Source of the DNA: an uncultured bacterium
GTDB taxonomy: Bacteria; Krumholzibacteriota; Krumholzibacteriia; WVZY01; JAKEHA01
Direction of reading: 5' to 3'
Assembly: GCA_964588695.1 (NCBI GenBank)
Contig: CAZPQK010000004.1
Coordinates: 85,129 to 149,128, forward strand
Length of the DNA stretch: 64,000 bases
A model generated the notes under the pieces. That model ran no database searches. It had not been told where the DNA came from and was given only the letters and a program-made list of their open reading frames with translations. This document shows positions 46,581 to 56,650 of this stretch, piece by piece (position 1 is the stretch's first letter; the number at the start of each line of letters is the position of its first letter). Position numbers and translations under genes: made by a program.

Positions 46581-47945
46581 CTAACCGATCTGGACCTTCT
46601 CACGGTACTCTGGGGTATCAGCCTCCCAATTGAACCGGCGCTTTAGATGCATCCGAAACGCATCCGCCGCCACCGGCTCACCATGAGTAATGAATACGCC
46701 TTTTGGCGGTTTCTGGACGTGGCTTAGCCAACCAAGCAGTTCCTCGTAGTCGGCGTGCGCAGATAGATTGTCCAGGTCGACGATTTCGGCCCGCACCGGT
46801 ACTTCCACGCCGTGGATAGTGATTTCCTCTACGCCGCTTTGAAGGATCTGCCCGCGAGTGCCGGGCGCTTGAAACCCGGCGAAAAGTACGGTGTTGTTGG
46901 GGTCGGGCAGCATATTGCGAAGATGGTGCACGACTCGACCTCCGGTTGCCATTCCACTGGCCGAGATTATCACCGCGGGCCCCTGAATTCCATTAAGCGC
47001 GCGTGATGCATCTGCACTACGGACAAACTCGGCGATGCGAAACATGTCTTCGCACTGATCGTCAGAGATTCGGTGCTGAAACCGATGTTCGCAAAACAGT
47101 TGGGTCGCGTTAATGGCCATCGGCGAGTTCAGATAGGTCGAAACCCGCGGAATTTGCCCTTCGCGACGCAGTTCAGACAGCAGGTGGAGAATGGTTTGCG
47201 CGCGCCCAACCGCGAACGCCGGGATAATCAGAATTCCGCCGCGATCAAAAGTTCGGTTAAGCACTTCGCACAGCTCTATCTTGGGGTCGTCCCCCTGGTG
47301 CAGACGATCGCCATAAGTGGACTCCACAACCAGATAATCGCAATCGCTAAACGGCTCCGGCCCTTTCATCAGTGGATCGTCGGGGCGACCGATATCGCCA
47401 GAGAACACGATCTTCTTGTCGCCGAACTTCAAGTGCACTGACGCCGCGCCTAGAATGTGACCAGCGGGTCGGTAGAGAAACGCCATGTCACCGCCTAGTT
47501 CGTGCCACTGTTCCCAATCCACAGGCTTTAGCAAACGGAGCGAACGCTCGGCGTCTTCCTGAGTGAACAAAGGCAACGCCGGGTTGTGCTTCGAATACCG
47601 TTTGCGGTTGGCGTATTTGGCTTCTTCTTCCTGCAAATACCCGGCGTCGGGAAGCAGAATCTCGCACAGGCCCTTGGTCGCATGCGTGCAATAGATGGGA
47701 CCCTTGTATCCGTGCTTAACGATCAACGGCAACAGTCCAGTGTGATCAATGTGCGCGTGTGTGAGTACCACGGCGTCGATCGATTGGGGGTCAAAAGGAA
47801 GTTCATCCCAGTTACGCTGTCGGATTTTCTTGATGCCTTGAAACATTCCGCAGTCGAGCAGTATTCGTTTGCCCTTGAAGGTCAGTAAGTACTTCGAGCC
47901 GGTTACGGTACCCGCAGCTCCCAGAAACTGTATTTCCACACTCAC
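46581..47945 (-). CDS. MBL-fold beta-CASP family nuclease/hydrolase
   Basis: HAHIDHTG metallo-beta-lactamase motif plus beta-CASP motifs (…VVESTYGDRLH…, …HADYEEL…). Confidence 0.75.
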   Translation of the reverse strand: MSVEIQFLGAAGTVTGSKYLLTFKGKRILLDCGMFQGIKKIRQRNWDELPFDPQSIDAVVLTHAHIDHTGLLPLIVKHGYKGPIYCTHATKGLCEILLPDAGYLQEEEAKYANRKRYSKHNPALPLFTQEDAERSLRLLKPVDWEQWHELGGDMAFLYRPAGHILGAASVHLKFGDKKIVFSGDIGRPDDPLMKGPEPFSDCDYLVVESTYGDRLHQGDDPKIELCEVLNRTFDRGGILIIPAFAVGRAQTILHLLSELRREGQIPRVSTYLNSPMAINATQLFCEHRFQHRISDDQCEDMFRIAEFVRSADASRALNGIQGPAVIISASGMATGGRVVHHLRNMLPDPNNTVLFAGFQAPGTRGQILQSGVEEITIHGVEVPVRAEIVDLDNLSAHADYEELLGWLSHVQKPPKGVFITHGEPVAADAFRMHLKRRFNWEADTPEYREKVQIG

Positions 47946-49141
47946 TCCTCGTTGTTTAACGGTCTGGTAAGACCTGACTCGGCTGTAGTGTCCGGCAACG
48001 CCAAAAATCCCAAACGGTCAATGAACGCTTCGCTCAACGCCGCGTGCCCAGCGGGCGTAAAGTGGTCATAGTATACCTCTTGTCCCGAGTCGCGACGGGC
48101 GATGAGTTCGGGCGACGGGTCGACCAGGCCTATCCCACGGTCCAAACAAAACTCCCGCAACCACGGCAGCCACGAATCTTGTTGGTCTTCGGGCTTACCC
48201 AATTCGCGCTGGCTTGGTACGTACATGATCACAAAACCCCGCCCCGCGGTAACCACCTGGTCTCGCCAGGTTTCAATTACTGCGGCGGTCAGGCGACGCG
48301 CCTCGACAAGCAAGTCGCGGTTAGGCCAGGTTGAAGGGCCCGTGCCCGGCGCTCGCACACCAGCCTCGTTGACTCGATCCGCCTGGGTAACCTGGGTTTT
48401 GATTCCGTGGGCGCGCAACAACTTGAGTCGCGAATGAATGGTGCTTGCCAGAAGCGATTTGGAACGCGTGCGCTGCCAGAGCTGGTGAAGCGGTTTCTTT
48501 TTATAGGCATAACGCTCTCGAAAACTAGTGTCGACAACGAACGAGTCTCCAACGGCCACAACGTACGGAATCGAGTCAGCCTTCTTTATCTCCCGAATCT
48601 GATCGCCGGGATCGTTCTCGCAGAATACGTACACCACCATGTCGAGGTCCGCTTTGGTCAGCCAGCGCTGGCACTCCAGATAGGATTGAACAGTACTGCG
48701 TCCGCCGATCCCAAACGCGAGCGTCTCGGTAGGATGCCCAACCGCCGAAGCATTGTCATTGAGACGCTTTTCGATGCGCCGAAAGAAGGTCTGTTCGAGC
48801 GGAACCTGCCTGGACTCGGTGTACGAGTCGCCAAAGAAACCGATCCGCATGGTTCCCGCAGGTGCAATCGGCTTGTGTTCCTCGTCCAAAAACCCCCAAC
48901 TGTTCGCGCGCCGTTTGACCACGTCCCCGCGATCGTTTCGGTAGGTGAAAGTTGACCCCGGATAGAACAGGCCACCGGTAAGTTCGTCGTAGTAGAAGGT
49001 GTTGGCTGCCACACCCGGTATGGGTAGAACCCGGAGAAGCACCTCGCCGATTACGAACCCCGCGACCAGAACGATCGCGGTCATCAAAACCAGCAATCTC
49101 CAAGTCCGTGTACGTTTTTGTTTAGCGGAGTTCATGCTCAC
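47942..49141 (-). CDS. membrane-anchored SGNH/GDSL-family hydrolase (acyl-esterase/O-acetyltransferase-like)
   Basis: N-terminal TM. GDSYT block I motif (FFGDSYTE). Start overlaps the upstream gene's stop. Confidence 0.55.
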   Translation of the reverse strand: MSMNSAKQKRTRTWRLLVLMTAIVLVAGFVIGEVLLRVLPIPGVAANTFYYDELTGGLFYPGSTFTYRNDRGDVVKRRANSWGFLDEEHKPIAPAGTMRIGFFGDSYTESRQVPLEQTFFRRIEKRLNDNASAVGHPTETLAFGIGGRSTVQSYLECQRWLTKADLDMVVYVFCENDPGDQIREIKKADSIPYVVAVGDSFVVDTSFRERYAYKKKPLHQLWQRTRSKSLLASTIHSRLKLLRAHGIKTQVTQADRVNEAGVRAPGTGPSTWPNRDLLVEARRLTAAVIETWRDQVVTAGRGFVIMYVPSQRELGKPEDQQDSWLPWLREFCLDRGIGLVDPSPELIARRDSGQEVYYDHFTPAGHAALSEAFIDRLGFLALPDTTAESGLTRPLNNEE

Positions 49142-49280
49142 AGTGTGGTGATTCTACCACACGACGGAGAACTACGATATTCTCACCGCCCCACAAATAA
49201 AATGAATCAACTCCGCAACGTTTGCCGTACACTTTCGGTCGAAAGAATTTTTGCATGCCCGAACCTTAGAAAGGACGACC

Positions 49281-51815
49281 ATGTTGTTGCGCGCGTTGTT
49301 GGGCCTCATTGCTGTGGTCGCGGTGACATACATCGCCGCACCAGCGGCGGCGACCGAGCCCAGCCAAATTCCATCGTACTATCAACAACTCGACTTTAAC
49401 TTAACGTCGCCGTCTGCTTTTGGGTCGGCGGTGGGCGGTTTTGCCAACCCGGCGATGTATGCGTTAACGCCTGGAGCCGAGCTGGAATATTTTCGTGACA
49501 AACGCGACGGACGCGCCTGGGATGTTGCCGATCACTGGGGACTTTTCGCCGGGCTTCGCGGCCTGGGCTTTGGGGCCGTCTACAACCGCGCCGCCAACCT
49601 TCCCGGCGGAGGAGAACTGAGCGTAACCGACTATCGCCTGGCGTTGTCGGGTGGAGACCGTCGTGGCGGCTTTGGAATTGCCTACGGCTGGTCGCGCGGC
49701 GACACCGACCAGTTTGGTAGAACCAGTGTGGTCCAGGTAGGCGCGTCGGAACGCATCGGTCGCTACGCCGCCGTCGGCGCAACTGGAACCTTCTCCACCG
49801 AGAAAGACGACCAGTCTGGCTTGTTCGATCTTGCCATTCGGCCGTTGGGCGACGAACGACTCACCGTGTTCGGCGACTTTGAACTAGCCAAAAACGTCTC
49901 CATCGAAGACGTGCCCTGGAGCGCCGGGGCAATGCTTGAGTTGGTACCGGGCATTCGGCTAACCGGCCGCTACTTCGGCGATCCGCGAGATGACGCGCGC
50001 GACGGTAGCTTCGCGCTGGGCTTTTCGTTTTCCGACGTATCTCCGTACAACGGCGGCATGTCGCGAACCACGTGGAGCCCACGCTTCGACGCCGACAATA
50101 ATAGCAACAACAGCATCTACGGTTATCGCGTCGGCTTTCCCGAACGAAACCTGGGCGATTGGATATTTAAAGAGCAACAGTTCGTAAAAATGCACTTGAA
50201 AGGCCCCATCAAACACGCGCGTTACCGGTACTTCGACAGCGGGTACACGGTACTGGGATTGATTACCGCGCTCGAAAACGCGCGACACGACGCGAGAGTC
50301 TCGGGAGTGGCGATTAACCTTTCGGGAACGCGCGTTTCTCCAGGTAACGCGTGGGAATTGCGCGAAAAAATCAAGTCGCTGCAGAACGACGGCAAGAAAG
50401 TCATTGTGTACGTAGACGAAGCCAGCATGACCACCTACCACCTTGCGAGTGTGGCCGACCATGTCGTCATGGACCCGGAAGGAATGCTCATTCTTCCGGG
50501 CTATGCGCTGGGACGGACCTTTATTAAAGGGACGTTGGACAAGTTGGGAATCGGCTTCGACGAATGGCGATTCCTCACCTACAAGTCTGCGGTGGAGGTG
50601 CTGTCGCGCGAGAGTATGTCGGATGCCGACCGCGAGCAACGCGAAGAGATTCTTGACGCCTACTTTGATACGTGGGTTGGCGACGTAGCCGCGAGTCGAG
50701 ACGTTTCTACCGCGACGGTCACCGATTGGCTCAACGAAGAAACCTTGTTCAGCCCCAGTGAAGCCGTGGATATGGGAGTGGTGGACGCAATTGGTCGTTG
50801 GGATGATCTCGACGAAATGGTTGAAGAAGTAACCAACAAGCGCAGGCAAATGGTCGGCGCGGGCTCACTCGCTCGCAGTTATTACCCAAGTCGACAGTGG
50901 GGTAACCCGCCGCAAATTGCGGTGGTCTACGCGCTTGGTCCGTGCGCGATGGATTCCGGAATTAACGCGCGTCGCCTCGAAGCGACGCTGCACGAACTAA
51001 CCGACAACCCTGCGGTGAAGGCAGTGGTCCTGCGGGTGAACTCGCCCGGGGGATCGGCGCTCGCGTCGGATCTGGTGGTTAAGGCTCTTGGGAAATGCGG
51101 AGAAAAGAAGCCGGTAGTGGTTTCGCAAGCCGACGTCGCCGCTTCGGGTGGCTATTGGTGTTCGATGTACGCAGACGAGATCTGGGCCCAGCCCACGACG
51201 ATTACAGGGTCAATCGGCGTCATTTCCGGGTGGGTTTATGACAACGGCGCCTCGGAAAAAATCGGCTTCAGCGGTGACGTTGTGCAACGCGGCGATCGCG
51301 CCGACTTGTTTTTTAACATCCGCGACCCGTTGTTGGGTATCGGAATTCCCCATCGGCGACTAACCGACGACGAACGCGCCGACGTGCTTGACGATATGAG
51401 AGTGTTTTACCGCGGTTTTGTGGAGAAGGTTGCCAAGGGGCGGGACATGGCCCCCGACGATGTTGAAAAGATCGCCCAAGGCCGGGCCTGGTCGGGACGC
51501 TCTGGGTTGAAGATCGGCCTGGTTGATCGACTCGGCGGTCTGGCCGACGCAATCGATTCGGCCGCCGAGCGCGCCGGCATCGATCGCGACGAAGTGGAAA
51601 TTGTGGAACGAGGCACCCCGGGCTGGTTCAATCTGGAAAACCTCAACCCGCTTCCGTTTCGATGGTTCCATCGCAACCACGTAACCGAGCCGGAGTTCGA
51701 TCTGTTTGACGGTTATTCGCTGCGTTACGTTCGCACGATTGCGGACAGCAACGGGCGACCGCTGTGTCTGTTACCCGCTGATATCGTGCCATCGGTAGGT
51801 GAGGGAATCCGTTAG
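49281..51815 (+). CDS. sppA: signal peptide peptidase SppA (S49, two-domain 67K type) with an extra N-terminal domain of about 300 aa
   Basis: Two S49 ClpP-fold domains including VLRVNSPGGSALASD and the catalytic Ser/Lys context. RBS AAGGA before ATG 49281. Confidence 0.75.
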   Translation: MLLRALLGLIAVVAVTYIAAPAAATEPSQIPSYYQQLDFNLTSPSAFGSAVGGFANPAMYALTPGAELEYFRDKRDGRAWDVADHWGLFAGLRGLGFGAVYNRAANLPGGGELSVTDYRLALSGGDRRGGFGIAYGWSRGDTDQFGRTSVVQVGASERIGRYAAVGATGTFSTEKDDQSGLFDLAIRPLGDERLTVFGDFELAKNVSIEDVPWSAGAMLELVPGIRLTGRYFGDPRDDARDGSFALGFSFSDVSPYNGGMSRTTWSPRFDADNNSNNSIYGYRVGFPERNLGDWIFKEQQFVKMHLKGPIKHARYRYFDSGYTVLGLITALENARHDARVSGVAINLSGTRVSPGNAWELREKIKSLQNDGKKVIVYVDEASMTTYHLASVADHVVMDPEGMLILPGYALGRTFIKGTLDKLGIGFDEWRFLTYKSAVEVLSRESMSDADREQREEILDAYFDTWVGDVAASRDVSTATVTDWLNEETLFSPSEAVDMGVVDAIGRWDDLDEMVEEVTNKRRQMVGAGSLARSYYPSRQWGNPPQIAVVYALGPCAMDSGINARRLEATLHELTDNPAVKAVVLRVNSPGGSALASDLVVKALGKCGEKKPVVVSQADVAASGGYWCSMYADEIWAQPTTITGSIGVISGWVYDNGASEKIGFSGDVVQRGDRADLFFNIRDPLLGIGIPHRRLTDDERADVLDDMRVFYRGFVEKVAKGRDMAPDDVEKIAQGRAWSGRSGLKIGLVDRLGGLADAIDSAAERAGIDRDEVEIVERGTPGWFNLENLNPLPFRWFHRNHVTEPEFDLFDGYSLRYVRTIADSNGRPLCLLPADIVPSVGEGIR

Positions 51816-51853
51816 AAAAAAGAACCCGCGCTGCAAACGCGGGTTCTTTTTTT
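51815..51853. terminator. bidirectional rho-independent terminator
   Basis: gaacccgcg/cgcgggttc stem with a 7-nt loop, flanked by AAAAAA and TTTTTTT. Lies between convergent sppA and the lipoprotein gene. Confidence 0.8.
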
Positions 51854-51934
51854 ACCAAAGCTTAGCGACATTACGAGTTGACTCTACTCGCGACCCGGGG
51901 CTTAGAAGGTCTTTGTCGCGGCTCGATGTCTTGA

Positions 51935-52519
51935 CTAACCGCCAACGTCTTCCGCGTAGCGCGAAAAGTGATCGATCTGCGCGCGAGCTGTGTTCGAACT
52001 CGGCGGAGAATCCATCTCTTGCGATTCCCACATGAACGTTGCGGGATTGTACCAGTAAGTCGTTACGCCACTCGCGTTGTTTGCTGCGGTCGTGCCTTCC
52101 AGGTTCCAGTCCAAGAACACCGGCTCAGCAAAAGCTAACCCGGCTGGTGTAAAGTCGGCGATCAAAAGTAACAGGTCCGACTCTTCGACACAAATGTTCA
52201 CAGTTGACGACAAGGCGCCTGCCGGAACGGTTAGCGTTACCCGGCCCGTGGTGATGGAACCACCGTCGGCACCGATGTCACCGCATACGGTAACTGGCGT
52301 TCGCAAGGTGGTTTTGTCTACGACTTCAACGTGATTGATCTCCGCTCGAACGATAGTGCTGTTCAAAGTGGAAGCGTCGCCGGTTGTGGTCGCGACTTGC
52401 GTCGGACCGTCCGCACACGAAGTGACAAGACCACCAACGACCAGTAAAATGAGGGCTGCGGACAGAATTGAACCGGCGGTCGTAGATACACGACGACCGT
52501 TAAAGCTGCGCAGGTACAT
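51935..52519 (-). CDS. hypothetical lipoprotein
   Basis: Signal peptide with lipobox LVTSC. Thr/Gly-rich beta-rich body. Confidence 0.5.
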   Translation of the reverse strand: MYLRSFNGRRVSTTAGSILSAALILLVVGGLVTSCADGPTQVATTTGDASTLNSTIVRAEINHVEVVDKTTLRTPVTVCGDIGADGGSITTGRVTLTVPAGALSSTVNICVEESDLLLLIADFTPAGLAFAEPVFLDWNLEGTTAANNASGVTTYWYNPATFMWESQEMDSPPSSNTARAQIDHFSRYAEDVGG

Positions 52520-52666
52520 GAGTGCCTCCTCCTGCGGATGCTATCCGTGGATTGTGGATGTTGTGGGCAGGCCCGTGCTGGGTGTAGAAGTTGTGCAGGC
52601 CTCCCCAAGCCCCGTGTGAGCAGATACTGTGTAGCAGTGCCCTTTATTGAAAACTATATCGTTAAC

Positions 52667-55600
52667 ATGAAATGTCAAGAGGCCCCGACATATTTCACCG
52701 GTAACCACGCCACGTATCGACTCGGTACTCCCCTAGGTGCGGGCGGAGGTGCGACGGTTTTAGCCGCGACTAATGTTGCGACCAACGAACCCGTTGCGTT
52801 GAAACTCTTGAAGGCCGAAACCGCTCACAATCACCGTGCGGTGGAACGACTTCGACAGGAGTTTCGGCTGTTGTATCAGCTGGAACACCCAAACCTTCCA
52901 GCCGTGTATGACTTCGCGTACTCGCCCGACAAGAGACCTTTTATAGCGATGGAGTTTGTCGATGGAGAATCCATCGACATCACGCTGGCAAACCAGCGTG
53001 ACAACGTCTGGTTTGTTTTACACCGCTTGTGTGAAACACTTTCCTTTGTTCACAGCCAAGGGCTCCTGCACCTGGACATCAAGCCTCGCAATGTTCTTGC
53101 CAAAAGAACTGGCCCGCGTTTTACCCCGGTGTTGATTGACTTCGGAATGAGTCATACCGCAAAACGAAAAGCCGGTTATCTTCTTGGAAGTCCCGCGTAC
53201 ATGCCGCCGGAAATGATTCGCGGCGCGCAAAGGCTTTCGCGCGTGGCCGATTACTACGCGTTGGGAGTTTCGATTTATGAGCTGGTAGAAGGCCGGTTAC
53301 CGTACGAAGGACCACGTGCACATGTCATCGAGCAACATCTGCACGGGTACCCAGAGTTCTCTGCCTCCGACCATCTCGCCGTCGAGTTGCGAGACACGGT
53401 TTCCGGACTGATGAATCGCGACCCGGCCGTTCGAACCCGCACATTTGTCGATTTACGCCGCTATTTAGCTGCTCGCACAGCGTCGCTCGACAAGTTCGGA
53501 CGCGACTATGCTCGTAGCGCTTTGCAATCCATCGGCGCAATTGACAAGGACCACGCCTGGCCCGCCATCGTTGATTGGCTGGACGGATTGTCAAACCGTG
53601 TCGACAGTTTTGAGGGAGACGCGTTGGTTGTTCGCGGCCCACGAGGGTGTGGCAAGACCTTCATGCTGTCAGAAGCGCGGCGCGAGTGCTGGCTGCGGGG
53701 TCTCCCGACCGCGGAGATCTTTAAGGACGACCAGGACGTTTATCGGGCAAAGTTTCGCGGCCAAAATATCGACCTGAGCGACCTTAACGAAGCTTGCGAA
53801 AAAGACCCGATCGTCATCATCATTGACAACCTTGACGCACTACCCGTCGAGGACCGTCACAGACTGTACGCACAAATGGTTATGCCCAACGCCCGACTCG
53901 CCATGCTCGCATCCGCGCAAACGACGTGGACCAGCGATCGCGATTTCAGCGAACCCAGCCTATTGCTGCATCCGCCGACGACAGTCACTAAAACAGAGCT
54001 CGTCAAGGCCTTCTCTGGGGACAGTGACTCCAGCGAAACGATTCGCGCACGAATGGAGCAACTTCTGACTGGCGCAGACGCGTCAATGCGATCGCTGTTT
54101 GAAGCGCTGAGTCGGGCTGTCGACAACGATGCGCTACGATGGGAGGACGGTCAATGGATGGTGGCTCCCGACGCGCAATCACCTGCGGTACAAGAAACCA
54201 TCGATGAAGCTTTTTTTACCTACCAGTATGAACAACTTACCCCCATTCAACAGAATGGACTGGTTGCTGCCGCTTGCTCTCCCGCACCGCTAACCACCGA
54301 CTGGATGATGACCGGAGCAGATGCCGACCTGGGTTCAACCGAAGCCGCGATAGCGATTCTGTGTGAGCGCCGACTCCTTACCGAAACGCCAACCGCGTTT
54401 GCGCTGGCCACGGATGCGCTACGTCGACTGCTGTTGGCAACCCACGCCGCGCCAATCGTCGCCAAGCGCCTTCTGAATCGTCGCCTGGATGAAAGCCAGG
54501 ACGATCCAATTGCAATCGATCACCTGAGTCTGCTTCGGGCATTGGTCGGCGACCTGGAAGACTCATTGACGCTACGTATTGACTGGCTGCGTAAACGCGG
54601 CAAAGAGCTATCCGCAGCGGATCTTCGTCGCTGGTGCGACAGCGGCTTAGCCGTCATCGATCAACTCGAGCGCAGCGACCCCGCAGGCTTGCAACGCGCG
54701 TTTTGGAAACTCCGCCTGCAAAGAGAAAGTGAGCGAGGAAACGCGCGAGCAGTAATCGACATGGCGGATCGGTTTGGTTTAGAGGCGTGCAATAGCGATG
54801 CGGTCAAAGCGTGCTTAGCCGAGGCGTTTGCGTACGCGGGCGACTATCCCCGCGCGAACACTTTGCTTGCTGGACCGGAACAGGTTCCGTGCGGAACGGA
54901 CGCGCGCGTCATGCGTCTAATGGCGCTACGTTGGATTGCTAACCCATACTCGCCACGCGGCAATGAACTGTTGGCAAAAGCGCAGAAACTGGTTTCCCGG
55001 GCCAGTTCTCGGGTAGCGAGCATGGTTACCGTACGTTGCTCGCAACAGCTCACGCTCGAACAACTCGACGCAGAGATTCCCAAGCTTTACGACGCTGGCC
55101 ACTACGCGTTTTACGCGCAAGCGTTGGCTAGCAAGTCGACCAAGCTCATCCACGCCGCCGAACTGGACGCCGCCGACGCTACCATCGATGAACTCACGAC
55201 TGTCAGCCACCAGTACGAACTTCTGTCGCAGCTTGCCGACGCGCACATGGCAAAGTCCAGCGTGTCCTACGAGCGCGGCAACATTACCGGCGCAATGGAT
55301 TCGTTGGAACAAGCGCATCGCGAGGCGTTGGGTGCTGGTCAAACCTATCGCGCGCTTTTCTACCGTGCACGACTACCGATGCTGCTAAAACGCGCGTCGC
55401 GTTTTGGCACCGCAATAGCAACGGCGCGTGCGGCGCGTGCACAAGCCCACGCTTTGGACATGGAAAACATTGTTCATCGCCTGACTCTGGTGGAGTACGA
55501 ACTACTTAATGATCTCGAAGCTGCTGACACCAACGACGCTCGGCAGCGCGCGACGAAGCTACTTAGCAACACCAATTCTCCAGTGCTGCGAACCTGGTCG

Positions 55601-56137
55601 CTATTCGAGCTAAGTCGCGACTATGCGGCGCGGGGAAAACTTGACGACGCTCTGCGCGACGTGGCGGCGTCTATTGATGCCGCACGTGAGGCAGGATTAC
55701 TTGACGACGAAACCTTTGGGTGGCTGCATCAGGTCGAAATTCATCGGCTGCGGGGCGACGAGGATGCTGCTCGGGATAGTCTTGCGCAGGCCACGTCGTT
55801 AGCAAAGTCACTCGAATCCTCCGAACTGCGTCATCGACTTCGGGTCGCGCAGATTTCGCAGGATGCCCGCGATGGCCAGTTTGAACTCGACGACGTCCTG
55901 CAGTTTTCCGAAAACCTTCTGGAACTGGACAACCAATGGCCGGCGTTTGACCTTATTCCACGGCTCGCGGTGATCTTCGTCGACAACGGTCACGAACCAA
56001 TCGCCGAGCGGATTTTTGAGCCCTGGACGCAACTCGCGCGGATTGTTTTTAGCAACGTCGAAACCGAACTCGAACCCAGCCTCGCGCAGTTAACCACGGT
56101 GCAACAGGCCGCGATGACCCGCCTGCAAGCTACTTAA
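52667..56137 (+). CDS. Ser/Thr protein kinase fused to a STAND-type P-loop NTPase and long TPR/helical repeat region (1157 aa)
   Basis: Hanks kinase motifs (GAGGGATV, VALK, HLDIKPRNVL, DFG, SPAYMPPE). Downstream Walker A VVRGPRGCGKTFML and Walker B-like IVIIIDNLD. Long alpha-helical repeat C-terminus. Start set at ATG 52667. Confidence 0.75.
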   Translation: MKCQEAPTYFTGNHATYRLGTPLGAGGGATVLAATNVATNEPVALKLLKAETAHNHRAVERLRQEFRLLYQLEHPNLPAVYDFAYSPDKRPFIAMEFVDGESIDITLANQRDNVWFVLHRLCETLSFVHSQGLLHLDIKPRNVLAKRTGPRFTPVLIDFGMSHTAKRKAGYLLGSPAYMPPEMIRGAQRLSRVADYYALGVSIYELVEGRLPYEGPRAHVIEQHLHGYPEFSASDHLAVELRDTVSGLMNRDPAVRTRTFVDLRRYLAARTASLDKFGRDYARSALQSIGAIDKDHAWPAIVDWLDGLSNRVDSFEGDALVVRGPRGCGKTFMLSEARRECWLRGLPTAEIFKDDQDVYRAKFRGQNIDLSDLNEACEKDPIVIIIDNLDALPVEDRHRLYAQMVMPNARLAMLASAQTTWTSDRDFSEPSLLLHPPTTVTKTELVKAFSGDSDSSETIRARMEQLLTGADASMRSLFEALSRAVDNDALRWEDGQWMVAPDAQSPAVQETIDEAFFTYQYEQLTPIQQNGLVAAACSPAPLTTDWMMTGADADLGSTEAAIAILCERRLLTETPTAFALATDALRRLLLATHAAPIVAKRLLNRRLDESQDDPIAIDHLSLLRALVGDLEDSLTLRIDWLRKRGKELSAADLRRWCDSGLAVIDQLERSDPAGLQRAFWKLRLQRESERGNARAVIDMADRFGLEACNSDAVKACLAEAFAYAGDYPRANTLLAGPEQVPCGTDARVMRLMALRWIANPYSPRGNELLAKAQKLVSRASSRVASMVTVRCSQQLTLEQLDAEIPKLYDAGHYAFYAQALASKSTKLIHAAELDAADATIDELTTVSHQYELLSQLADAHMAKSSVSYERGNITGAMDSLEQAHREALGAGQTYRALFYRARLPMLLKRASRFGTAIATARAARAQAHALDMENIVHRLTLVEYELLNDLEAADTNDARQRATKLLSNTNSPVLRTWSLFELSRDYAARGKLDDALRDVAASIDAAREAGLLDDETFGWLHQVEIHRLRGDEDAARDSLAQATSLAKSLESSELRHRLRVAQISQDARDGQFELDDVLQFSENLLELDNQWPAFDLIPRLAVIFVDNGHEPIAERIFEPWTQLARIVFSNVETELEPSLAQLTTVQQAAMTRLQAT

Positions 56138-56243
56138 CCTCGTTACCGAACCCGTTTCGCGGGGGCTATTCTGCCCTTCGGTGCTCGTGACCGCTATGCT
56201 ATACTCAGCGGGCATGCTGCATTACGGGTTCCAGGAGGAGCCA

Positions 56244-56636
56244 ATGCCCGTTGAAATTCGAATAAGTACCGAAGAGCACCTGATTACCTACATCGCGACC
56301 GGCGAGATTACCATCGAAGAGATGAAGGCCGCGTTTGACAGTGTGTTCGATCACCCCGATTTTCGCTCGGGGATGAACGCTTTGTGCGACGCCAAGTATG
56401 CATCGTTTCCTTCGGTCGGCCTGACTCAAATAAAAGATCTGATTGGCGCGCTAGAACTGCGAAGCTCCGAACGCGGGCGTGACTATCGGGTCGCCATCCT
56501 GGTTCGTGGGAATCTTGAGTTTGGCGTGTCGTCGCTCTTCGAAATGCATGCGTACGGAATGCCGTTTGAAGTCGCCGTTTTTCGCAACAGCACCGATGCC
56601 CGCGAGTGGCTGGGCGTGCATCAGCCTGACGCCTGA
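56244..56636 (+). CDS. small STAS/SiaC-like alpha/beta protein
   Basis: 130 aa, AGGAGG RBS 6 nt upstream. Alternating beta/alpha pattern (VEIRIS...ITYIATGEIT...MNALCDA...RVAILVRGNLEFGVSS) reminiscent of STAS/partner-switch domains. Family assignment tentative. Confidence 0.4.
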   Translation: MPVEIRISTEEHLITYIATGEITIEEMKAAFDSVFDHPDFRSGMNALCDAKYASFPSVGLTQIKDLIGALELRSSERGRDYRVAILVRGNLEFGVSSLFEMHAYGMPFEVAVFRNSTDAREWLGVHQPDA

Positions 56637-56650
56637 CCGCAGGAGCACAC

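Noticed and set aside
49959-50849. 296-aa minus ORF
   Set aside because: Antisense to sppA (S49 motifs on the + strand).
52538-52666. Cys-rich N-terminal extension (MLSVDCGCCGQARAGCRSC...) of the kinase ORF
   Set aside because: Arg/Cys-rich, GC-driven and preceding the ATG that starts the recognisable kinase N-lobe. Judged to be an ORF-finder over-extension, though an upstream start cannot be fully excluded.
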